In this document: piece by piece, positions 44,900 to 52,810 of the stretch | How the letters are laid out: every line of letters starts with the position of its first letter | Numbering within the stretch: the first letter of the stretch is position 1 | NCBI GenBank assembly: GCA_947084965.1 | Contig: CAMTUG010000001.1 | Coordinates: 211,914-275,913, forward strand | DNA from: an uncultured Parcubacteria group bacterium | GTDB taxonomy: Bacteria; Patescibacteriota; Patescibacteriia; UBA9934; CAMTUG01 | Length of the DNA: 64,000 nt | Direction of reading: 5' to 3' | Made by a program: the position numbers and the translations under genes | Notes under the pieces: generated by a model | The model's database searches: none | What the model was told of the DNA's origin: nothing | What the model saw: only the letters and a program-made list of their open reading frames with translations

Positions 44900-46325
44900 G
44901 CTATTGGCCGCTGCCCTTATCATCACCGCACCGATCGCTCTTTTCGTTTGGCTCTTTTTGAAAGATCTCACTCCGAGCGGCGTCTTAACGATCAACCACT
45001 CCGTGACCGATGCATCGCCGTTCATCGATCGGTTTTTGCCGGACACGCGGGCGATCAACGGGGAGGTGATCGTCGACGAACCGGTGTACGCGGCGGTGCA
45101 TCTGCCCGGAGACTTTGAAACGGTGACGGTTGATCTGTTTTACGAAAACGCCTATCAGCCGATCGTTCAAGTCGGATTTTTAGCGAGCGAGGATCCGCTG
45201 CAATATGTGTTGGAGCCGTTACAAAACTTGTTGATCGACCGTTCAGAATGGGATCGAATCGACGCAGGGGGTCTCGTCCTTCTCCAGCGCTACAAAGTGT
45301 TCGAATCGATCGATACCTTTCTGGCCGACCCACCGTTGCGTGGCACGATCGCTACCTTTAACACCTCGCTTACGACCCCGTACCGTATCCCTGATTACTA
45401 CCCAACGAATACCTTGCAGACGATCGATACTTCACTGCGCGGGTATCATGAATTTTTGACCTACGTCAAAAACGAACCGCTTCTCGTTCAGGCCGAGTTC
45501 CAGGATATGAATCGCGATTTTGGCGAAGATCCAGTTGAACTTCTGGTCTTTAACGAGGAGAACGATCTCGTCGGGTCTCAGTCAACGTTGGATGATGGGG
45601 TCATCGAGGCAACCGCTAAGGGCAGCACATTACGCTCAACGACGGTCGTCTTGAATGATCTTCCGGAAGGGGTTTATAAAGTGATTCTCAAAGCTCCGCG
45701 AGATATTTTTTTTCGTAAGATCATGAGCCGTCAGCGTTACCTGACATTCGTCGGCCCGATCTTTTTCGGTGACGATGTCGGCTATCGCGATGATATTCGC
45801 CCGGTTGATTACTTCACCGATGCCAAGCACGTCAGTTTTTTCACCTATCATGCCGATGCTGCACAAAAGGTAACGATAGGTGCGTCTGAAGTGCGATTGC
45901 CGGAAGCGCAGGTACGGTATGATCACGACGTGACCGAGGCGGGGCTCGTTGCGGTGCACGCTCCGGCCTCTGACTTCACTTTTACCCATGACGGCAAGGT
46001 TGCCTTTCGGGCCGATCAGTTTTTCAACCCCGATCCGGTCAACCTGAGCTGGAACACTGATCTCGACGCGCTTGGTGTGAATTTTGTTCTGGCGGATTAC
46101 ACCTCGCCGCCCACCGAAGAGGGAATTGTTCATGCCCAGGCGACCTTTGATCTGCAGGAGGTGATGACCAAGGATGGGGAGGTAAAGCTCGTTCTTTCGG
46201 CGCCAGGGATCAGGTCCCTGCAGCAACAGCTGACCTTGCGTGATCTGCAATTAACGTTTGAACGACCTCAGATGTCTGGAGCTGACATCTGGAACAAGCT
46301 CAGAGAATTTCTCACCTTCTTATGA
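44883..46325 (+). CDS. Membrane-anchored hypothetical protein
   Basis: N-terminal TM, large beta-rich domain; overlaps its neighbours. Confidence 0.75.
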   Translation: MKRFVKLLAAALIITAPIALFVWLFLKDLTPSGVLTINHSVTDASPFIDRFLPDTRAINGEVIVDEPVYAAVHLPGDFETVTVDLFYENAYQPIVQVGFLASEDPLQYVLEPLQNLLIDRSEWDRIDAGGLVLLQRYKVFESIDTFLADPPLRGTIATFNTSLTTPYRIPDYYPTNTLQTIDTSLRGYHEFLTYVKNEPLLVQAEFQDMNRDFGEDPVELLVFNEENDLVGSQSTLDDGVIEATAKGSTLRSTTVVLNDLPEGVYKVILKAPRDIFFRKIMSRQRYLTFVGPIFFGDDVGYRDDIRPVDYFTDAKHVSFFTYHADAAQKVTIGASEVRLPEAQVRYDHDVTEAGLVAVHAPASDFTFTHDGKVAFRADQFFNPDPVNLSWNTDLDALGVNFVLADYTSPPTEEGIVHAQATFDLQEVMTKDGEVKLVLSAPGIRSLQQQLTLRDLQLTFERPQMSGADIWNKLREFLTFL

Positions 46326-46642
46326 ATCTCGCGCGTCTCGGCTATTGCGTCTCGTTTTTCTCCTACCTGTTTTTTCTGATGCTTGAATATCTGCGTCCGG
46401 GTTTTGTTTCCAATTATCTTTCCGTGCACCTCTTTCTGATCCCCGCAATCATCTTCGGGATCCTTTGGGCGCGCAAAAGCCCATCCTATCCTTTTTCCTC
46501 TTTCCTTTTTCCTCTTTCCATTTCCATCCTCTTCTCCGTATTTACTTGGCGTGAAGGACGGGCTTTTGAGGATTATCGGGTGCTGATGACCTTGGTCGCC
46601 TTTTTCCTCCCGATGCTCGTCTGGAGACAAGTCCAGAAATGA
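46322..46642 (+). CDS. Small membrane protein
   Basis: Four hydrophobic segments; ATGA overlap. Confidence 0.7.
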   Translation: MNLARLGYCVSFFSYLFFLMLEYLRPGFVSNYLSVHLFLIPAIIFGILWARKSPSYPFSSFLFPLSISILFSVFTWREGRAFEDYRVLMTLVAFFLPMLVWRQVQK

Positions 46643-46643
46643 T

Positions 46644-46671
46644 TTGACAGGTCCTCAAGGACTGGTATCCT
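46644..46671 (+). promoter_or_regulatory. Sigma70-type promoter
   Basis: TTGACA-16-TATCCT with extended TG. Confidence 0.65.
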
Positions 46672-46680
46672 TAATGCGTT

Positions 46681-46725
46681 ATGATGATGCATCGCACAAC
46701 AACGTCGACGACCACGACCCCTTAG
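46681..46725 (+). CDS. Thr-rich attenuator leader peptide MMMHRTTTSTTTTP
   Basis: 7 Thr codons (ACA, ACG, ACC) in 8 consecutive positions, then TAG. Confidence 0.8.
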   Translation: MMMHRTTTSTTTTP

Positions 46726-46727
46726 CG

Positions 46728-46773
46728 CGAGGGCCATCTTGTTGTGTGGCGGCCCTCGGGGCCGTTTTTGTTT
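46728..46773 (+). promoter_or_regulatory. Attenuator: alternative antiterminator/terminator
   Basis: CGAGGGCC(46728-35)/GGCCCTCG(46751-58) competes with CGGCCC-TCG-GGGCCG-TTTTTGTTT. Confidence 0.8.
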
Positions 46774-46782
46774 ATCAAGCCT

Positions 46783-47430
46783 ATGACCAATTACAAACAG
46801 ATTTTCTTTGACTTTGACAGTACCCTCGTCCGTGTCGAGACTCTGGATCAACTCGCTTCTGATCCCGTGAAGCGAGCAGAGGTTGAAGCTCTGACCAACG
46901 CGAGCATGAACGGGGATCTCTCCTTTGCCGAGGTGTTTCCGAAGAAGATGGCGATTCTTGCTCCGTCGATCGGTGACTTAGAAGCGCTTGCTCAGCGTTG
47001 TATGGATGAGTGGCTTGTCGCTGGGGTACGCGAAGCGATTGAGCGCATTCAGGCGAACGGAGGGGAGGTCTGGATGATCACCGCCAATTTTCATCCGCTC
47101 GTTGATCCCGTTGCTGAGCATCTCGGCATCCCATCTGAACGCGTGCTGGCCAACACGATCTGCTTTGATGAAGAGGGGAACTATCTTCGTTGCGAAGCGT
47201 CGGTATTGATGGGCGATGGCGGAAAGGCGGTGGCGATGCGGCCGTGGGTTCGTAACCGTGAGGAGGCGGTGATGATCGGGGACAGTGTCAGTGATCTGGC
47301 GTGCGCAAGTGAGGTCGGACTTTTTGTCGGGTTCGGAGGCGTGGTTGTCCGGCCTGCGGTCCAACATGCGGCATCGGTTTTTGTTGAAGAACCCAACATG
47401 CTGGCCGTCCTTCGTCATCTTTATCCTTAA
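46783..47430 (+). CDS. HAD-IB phosphatase, SerB-like
   Basis: FDFDSTL, T..SM.G, GKA, MIGDSVSD, VGFGG. Confidence 0.88.
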   Translation: MTNYKQIFFDFDSTLVRVETLDQLASDPVKRAEVEALTNASMNGDLSFAEVFPKKMAILAPSIGDLEALAQRCMDEWLVAGVREAIERIQANGGEVWMITANFHPLVDPVAEHLGIPSERVLANTICFDEEGNYLRCEASVLMGDGGKAVAMRPWVRNREEAVMIGDSVSDLACASEVGLFVGFGGVVVRPAVQHAASVFVEEPNMLAVLRHLYP

Positions 47431-47493
47431 GGGTTTTCCTCTGCCGTTGTCGTCCTGATGACGGTAGTCTGAACTCTTGAGGAGGAATGACCG

Positions 47494-48834
47494 ATGTCCG
47501 AAGCCATCGACTTTCACAGCCCGCTCCCGTACCGTCGCGCTGACATGAGCGCCTACTGCCGCCAGAAGGGGGTCACGCTCATCGAGCATCCGTCGGTCGA
47601 TTGTTCGGCTCTCGGTTCGAGCGATTCCGCTGTGCCGCGGGGGATCGATCCGTTCGCCTGGGCGCACTTCTGGTGGCCGCGGCTGCACGCCGCCGCTCTC
47701 GGGGATCTCGGAGCGCTCTGTGCCACGCGCTTCCCGGGGGAGATCCTTCCCGGACCGGGCGGCCACGGGGCGACCTGTGTCACGGAGCGCCTGGCCTACG
47801 GGCGGTACCAGAGCTTCCGGAGCGACCAGCGCCTGCTGCCATCCGTGCCGGCGTTCGCGCGCCGCAAGGTCGGCGCGATCGCCGACTGGCCCTGGGGAGA
47901 AATTCGGGAACCCCAGCTCGAAGAGGTCGTCTTCAATCTCGATCCATCGAACGCGACCGACAAGCCGTTCGACGTCGACGGGATCACCTGCGATCCCGAG
48001 GGGATCCGCGTGATCAGCCGTCTGTGGTGCCCGGGGAAGGAACATCTGTGGAGCCGGCAGGAAGAGACGATCGAGCGTTTCCTGAGCTTGCTTCCTGAGC
48101 CCGTCCGTCCGGCGGTCCTCGCCTTCGAAGTCGAAGAGTGCCTGGCGCACGCTTACGAAGCACGTGAGTGGAACGGCCACGGGCACGGGATGTGCAACGG
48201 GGTCTGGCTCGAAGTCGGCCTGGCAGCGATCGAGAAGATCCGCCCGACCGAGCTCGCCGTCACCGCGCGCATCGCGGCTGAACTCATCACCCTGACGGAG
48301 TCCGGGTTCGCCCCGATCGTGGTCAACGAGTGGGGGTGTGACACCGACGGCACCCACCGCCTGATGGCCGCCTGGATCTTCAACCTCTGCCGCGACCTCG
48401 ATCCGTCCGTTCTCGCGAACCTGGACGTCGGTTGTCGCTTGGTTCACGTGAAGGAGCGGCTTCGTCTCTGGCTCGACGCGCGGATCGCTCCGTTCGTCCG
48501 CCCGCGGCCGCTGATCGTCCGTGAAGCTCTGCGCTTCCTTGCCGAAGCGATCCGTGATCCCGACCTCCTCGCCACGCTGATCGAGGTCGTCCGTCGCGCC
48601 AAGCACGCTCCGCCCGTGGCTCGACTGCCTGTGACCTTCCTGCGTGAAGCAAGTTGGGGAACGGTGGTCAAAGGACCGTACGACAGCGGGGAAGCGATCA
48701 TCCGGGTCGATCCGCGGATCTACGCCGAACTGGCGGATCACCCGCATCTGGTCCTGCCGCCGCGCGGGCCTTACCACATGACCGACGAGCTCGAGATGCT
48801 CTGGTTCGACGTCTTGCGCATCAACGCGACCTAG
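47494..48834 (+). CDS. GC-rich orphan protein with a ParB/Srx-like motif
   Basis: GAGGAGG SD; PIVVN.....DGTHRL. Confidence 0.7.
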   Translation: MSEAIDFHSPLPYRRADMSAYCRQKGVTLIEHPSVDCSALGSSDSAVPRGIDPFAWAHFWWPRLHAAALGDLGALCATRFPGEILPGPGGHGATCVTERLAYGRYQSFRSDQRLLPSVPAFARRKVGAIADWPWGEIREPQLEEVVFNLDPSNATDKPFDVDGITCDPEGIRVISRLWCPGKEHLWSRQEETIERFLSLLPEPVRPAVLAFEVEECLAHAYEAREWNGHGHGMCNGVWLEVGLAAIEKIRPTELAVTARIAAELITLTESGFAPIVVNEWGCDTDGTHRLMAAWIFNLCRDLDPSVLANLDVGCRLVHVKERLRLWLDARIAPFVRPRPLIVREALRFLAEAIRDPDLLATLIEVVRRAKHAPPVARLPVTFLREASWGTVVKGPYDSGEAIIRVDPRIYAELADHPHLVLPPRGPYHMTDELEMLWFDVLRINAT

Positions 48835-48859
48835 CCGCTCGTTCGCGTGACTTCTTGTC

Positions 48860-48884
48860 CGGCCCGCCAGTACGTGGCGGGCCG
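48860..48884 (+). terminator. 3' stem-loop, pentaloop GTACG
   Basis: CGGCCCGCCA/TGGCGGGCCG then CTGACATTTTTTT. Confidence 0.7.
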
Positions 48885-48951
48885 CTGACATTTTTTTAAG
48901 GGATTGTTGTATACTAGTCGTGAGCATCATTGATTCATTACAGGAGATTCT

Positions 48952-49359
48952 ATGCCCGTCGATTGTCTGTTTTGTAAAATTATCGCCGGCGAGATCCCGT
49001 CGCACACGATTTACGAGGACGAAAAGACCGTGGCTTTTTTGGATATTCTCCCGGTAAGCGTCGGGCATACGCTCGTCGTTCCCAAAGCGCATAGCGAGAA
49101 TTTACTCGAAGCCGATCCAGAGGATGCTAACGCTGTCCTTGCCACTATGCAAAAAATTGCGCCCGTTCTTCGTGTGGCGCTTGAAGCAGATGGAATGAAC
49201 GTGGGGATCAATTGCGGCGAAGCGGCCGGACAGGTCGTCTTTCACACCCATGTCCACATGATGCCGCGTGTTGCTGGAACCCCGCGATCGTTTGAGCACA
49301 AGAGTGTCTCGCAGGAAGAATTAGCCGCGACTGCCGAAAAGATCCGCGCCAAGATGTAA
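48952..49359 (+). CDS. HIT family protein
   Basis: CLFCKI, GHTLVVPK.H, AGQVVFHTHVH. Confidence 0.95.
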   Translation: MPVDCLFCKIIAGEIPSHTIYEDEKTVAFLDILPVSVGHTLVVPKAHSENLLEADPEDANAVLATMQKIAPVLRVALEADGMNVGINCGEAAGQVVFHTHVHMMPRVAGTPRSFEHKSVSQEELAATAEKIRAKM

Positions 49360-49360
49360 T

Positions 49361-49903
49361 ATGGCACTCAAAGTAAAACGTTGGAAACAAGTTGCGGTCA
49401 AAACGCTCGGGAAGAACGCCTACTTTGATTATGTGTTGGAAACGTATCTGCTGCCGAATGGCAAGCTAGTGGAGTATTACGCCGTTCGCAAATCACATGC
49501 GGCTACCATGGTCGGGGTGCTTGATGACGGCCGGGTGATCCTCGTCAAACAGTATCGTGCCCTGTTCGATAAGGTCAGTTTAGAAATTCCGGGCGGTGGG
49601 GGCGGAAAACGCGAACGACCAAAGACGATCGCTCGCCGCGAATTTGAAGAAGAGACCGGATATTATGCCGGCTCGGTCCAAGAGATCGGCACCTGGGCCA
49701 CGGACAACAGTTTAATGGACGAGGTGATTCACACTTTTTTGCTGACCAATTTGAAAAAGGGGAAGAAGATGTACGATGGGGTAGAAGAGACCGATCTTGT
49801 CCTCATGACTCCCAAGGAGATCGACCGGGCTATCGCCAACGGTACCATCTGGCACGGCCAATCGATCGCGTCCTGGCACCTGGCCAAGCCGCATTTGTCT
49901 TAA
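49361..49903 (+). CDS. NUDIX hydrolase (ADP-ribose pyrophosphatase-like)
   Basis: LVKQYR, EIPGG......ARREFEEETGY. Confidence 0.92.
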   Translation: MALKVKRWKQVAVKTLGKNAYFDYVLETYLLPNGKLVEYYAVRKSHAATMVGVLDDGRVILVKQYRALFDKVSLEIPGGGGGKRERPKTIARREFEEETGYYAGSVQEIGTWATDNSLMDEVIHTFLLTNLKKGKKMYDGVEETDLVLMTPKEIDRAIANGTIWHGQSIASWHLAKPHLS

Positions 49904-49923
49904 ACAATCAGAAGGTCAGCCGA

Positions 49924-49952
49924 TTGACAGGTCGGTTGATTTTTTGTATTGT
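49924..49952 (+). promoter_or_regulatory. Sigma70-type promoter, -35 inside an inverted repeat
   Basis: TTGACA-17-TATTGT; TCAGCCGA/TCGGTTGA arms flank the -35. Confidence 0.7.
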
Positions 49953-50037
49953 CTTTTCTTCTTCGGCAGGAGCCGGAGGAGATTCAGGCACCGTACTTGG
50001 TGCATCACCACCCCGCAGGAGCGGGAACGGAGCAGAG

Positions 50038-50826
50038 ATGAACGGCAATCTGATGGTCGACAAAGGTCGTGAACGTGAAGACGGCATCCAGGACCGCGAA
50101 GAGCGGCTGGTCGCGGTCAACGCCCTGCTCGCAGAGCGGCACCTGAAGCCGCGCGGCAAGCTCGGGCTCGCCAGCGAGAACGAGCAGGAGATCCTCGGGA
50201 TCTACCACATCGACGACCGCACGCCGCAGTTCCACACCACCATCTACTACGCCGTCCTTCTGAAGGACGGCCGGGTGATCGAGCTCCCGGTGCGCTACAA
50301 CGCCAACGGGGACAAGTGCGACGGGGTCGTCTTCGTCATCCTCCTGAACGGCACGCACCTGGTGCTCGTCAAGGAGTGGCGTCACAGCCTCGCCGAGTGG
50401 GTGACTGGCATCCCGCGCGGCTTCACCGAGCTCGAGGACGTGATGCAGATGCCCCAGGGCGGCCCGATCGGCAACCCGGCCGACCTCAAGATCCCGGCGC
50501 TGCGCGTCCTCTTCCGTGAGCTCGGCGAGGAGGTCGGCGATCCCTCGACGCTCGCCCTGACGCAGATCGCCTTCCTCGGCAAGGTCTACCAGAACACCGG
50601 GACCGACTCGGCCGCCCCGGACTACGTCCTCCTCTCCCTCCGCGGCCCGACGAACTTCAAGTCGACGCCCAAGGACCCGGACCACAAGGTCCGCGTCTGG
50701 AGCGTGGAGCAGGTCCGCGAGGCGATCGGCGGGGAGCTGAACGACAGCCATACGCTCACCGCGCTGGTCCTCCTCGAGCGGTTCGCTCGTTCGCTCTCCG
50801 GAGCGCCTGCGGGCCGCTTCCTGTAG
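50038..50826 (+). CDS. Divergent NUDIX-fold protein
   Basis: LVKEWRH, IPRGF...(insertion)...RELGEEVG; GGAG SD; GC-rich. Confidence 0.75.
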   Translation: MNGNLMVDKGREREDGIQDREERLVAVNALLAERHLKPRGKLGLASENEQEILGIYHIDDRTPQFHTTIYYAVLLKDGRVIELPVRYNANGDKCDGVVFVILLNGTHLVLVKEWRHSLAEWVTGIPRGFTELEDVMQMPQGGPIGNPADLKIPALRVLFRELGEEVGDPSTLALTQIAFLGKVYQNTGTDSAAPDYVLLSLRGPTNFKSTPKDPDHKVRVWSVEQVREAIGGELNDSHTLTALVLLERFARSLSGAPAGRFL

Positions 50827-50847
50827 GGTCCCCGACCCTGTCGCTTC

Positions 50848-50872
50848 CGCCGGTCCAGTACGTGGGCCGGCG
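50848..50872 (+). terminator. 3' stem-loop, pentaloop GTACG
   Basis: CGCCGGTCCA/TGGGCCGGCG then TTGCGTTTT. Confidence 0.7.
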
Positions 50873-50940
50873 TTGCGTTTTCTGCACTGATAAACAAGGC
50901 GATTGACGGGGCAAAAGCTCCATACTAAGATGCCACTGCT

Positions 50941-51960
50941 ATGAAATTGCTGGTCACAGGTGGTTGCGGGTTTATTGGGTCGCATTTTATCCGGGTCGTT
51001 CTCACCGAACGCCCAGATTGGGATGTGATCAATTTGGATGCGTTGACCTACGCCGGCAATCTCACCACGACGATGGATATCCAAACCCATCCGCGGTATC
51101 GATTTGTTTACGGTTCGGTCACTAATCGTGAGTTAGTCGAAAAGTTAGTGGCTGAAGTTGATGCGGTTGTGCACATCGCTGCCGAAACACACGTTGATCG
51201 GTCGATCGTCGACGTGGAGCCGTTCATCATGACCAACATTTTAGGGACCCAGCGTTTGATCGATGCCTGCAGAAAACATGGCAAGCGCTTGCATCATGTT
51301 TCTACCGATGAAGTGTTTGGTTCGCTCGGTCCAAACGATCCAAAGTTTACCGAATCCACACCATACGATCCGCGCAATCCTTATTCCGCCACCAAGGCGG
51401 CGGCTGATCACTTGGTGCGTGCCGCGGTGCATACGCACGCCTGCAAAGCGACGATCAGTAACTGCACCAACAACTACGGACCGTTTTTGTATCCAGAAAA
51501 GTTTTTGTCTATTGCGATTACTAATATTCTCGAAGGCAAGCCGGTGGTGATTCACGGCGATGGCGCGCAGAAGCGCGACTGGATCCACGTGCAAGATCAT
51601 GCTCGTGGTATTTTGGCGATTCTCGAGCGCGGACGGATCGGCGAGACGTACATGATGGGCGGCGGAACAGATGTTTCTGTTGCGGAAACGGCGCGGCTTC
51701 TTTTGCTCGTGATGGGTCATCATGAAAACATGCTGGTCTATCTGCATGATCGTCAAGGACAAGATCGTCGCTATGCGATCGATCACAGCAAGATTGAGCG
51801 CGAGCTTGGTTGGCGTCCGAGCGTTACCTTAGAGCAAGGATTGAATGAGATGGTTGAGTGGTATCGCAAGAATCATGATTGGTGGAAGCCGATCAAGGAA
51901 AGCGCCGGGTATCGACAGTGGTACCAGCATCAGGTCGAGGGGGCGAAAAATCAACTCTAG
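50941..51960 (+). CDS. rfbB: dTDP-glucose 4,6-dehydratase
   Basis: TGGCGFIGS, DALTYAGN, AAETHVDRS, STDEV, YSATK, NNYGP. Confidence 0.95.
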   Translation: MKLLVTGGCGFIGSHFIRVVLTERPDWDVINLDALTYAGNLTTTMDIQTHPRYRFVYGSVTNRELVEKLVAEVDAVVHIAAETHVDRSIVDVEPFIMTNILGTQRLIDACRKHGKRLHHVSTDEVFGSLGPNDPKFTESTPYDPRNPYSATKAAADHLVRAAVHTHACKATISNCTNNYGPFLYPEKFLSIAITNILEGKPVVIHGDGAQKRDWIHVQDHARGILAILERGRIGETYMMGGGTDVSVAETARLLLLVMGHHENMLVYLHDRQGQDRRYAIDHSKIERELGWRPSVTLEQGLNEMVEWYRKNHDWWKPIKESAGYRQWYQHQVEGAKNQL

Positions 51961-51967
51961 TGCGCGT

Positions 51968-52810
51968 ATGAAAATTTTGATCATCGGTCGCGGATACATG
52001 GGAGAGAGGATTCATGCCGCTTGGCCAGATTCGATTTTGTCAGATGCCATGATTGCGGATAAAGCATCGATGCTGGCGGAACTTCGTAAGCACGAGCCGG
52101 ATGTAGTCTTGAACGCCGCGGGGGTGCGCGGCCGCCCCAACGTGGATTGGTGCGATGACAATCAACTGGAGACGATTCGGGGAAACACCTTGCTCCCCAT
52201 CATCATGGCCGATGCTTGTGCGGAAGCCGGTGTCTATCTGCTGCACATGGGTTCAGGGTGCATTTTTTACGGTCCGTCTCAGCACCCAGATCACGCCTGG
52301 CGCGAAGAGGATTTTGGGAATCCCAAGCCGACCTATTCGCGTTCCAAGTACGCCGCTGACCTTGTCCTTTCAACCTTGCCTAACGTGGGGATCGCCCGCA
52401 TCCGTATGCCTATCGACCACATTCCTTCACCAGGGAATCTGATCGACAAGCTTTCTTCTTTTGCCAAAGTGGCCGATGTGGAAAACAGTGTGACGATCGT
52501 CGATGATATGATCGATGTTTTTCATCAACTGTTGGAAAAGCGTGCTCAAGGGATTTTTCATGTGGTCAATCCTGGGACGCTCAAGTTTCGTGATCTGATC
52601 GCGTTGTACGAAGAGTTGGTCGACCCAACACACACCTGCGAGTGGGTCAGTGACGACGCCTTAAACGCCGCAGGGATCAACAAAAAACCGCGCTCCAATA
52701 ATTTCCTTTCCTCGGAACGATTGAAAGAAGCGGGGATCACCGTTCGTCCGGTTGCTGTGGCTTTGCGCGACACGATGCAAAAGTACGCAGAAGCAAAAAA
52801 AAAGATGTGA
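51968..52810 (+). CDS. NDP-4-keto-6-deoxyglucose epimerase/reductase, NRS/ER (UER1)-like
   Basis: NAAG..GRPNVDWC, GCIF, YSRSK, RIRMP. Confidence 0.8.
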   Translation: MKILIIGRGYMGERIHAAWPDSILSDAMIADKASMLAELRKHEPDVVLNAAGVRGRPNVDWCDDNQLETIRGNTLLPIIMADACAEAGVYLLHMGSGCIFYGPSQHPDHAWREEDFGNPKPTYSRSKYAADLVLSTLPNVGIARIRMPIDHIPSPGNLIDKLSSFAKVADVENSVTIVDDMIDVFHQLLEKRAQGIFHVVNPGTLKFRDLIALYEELVDPTHTCEWVSDDALNAAGINKKPRSNNFLSSERLKEAGITVRPVAVALRDTMQKYAEAKKKM

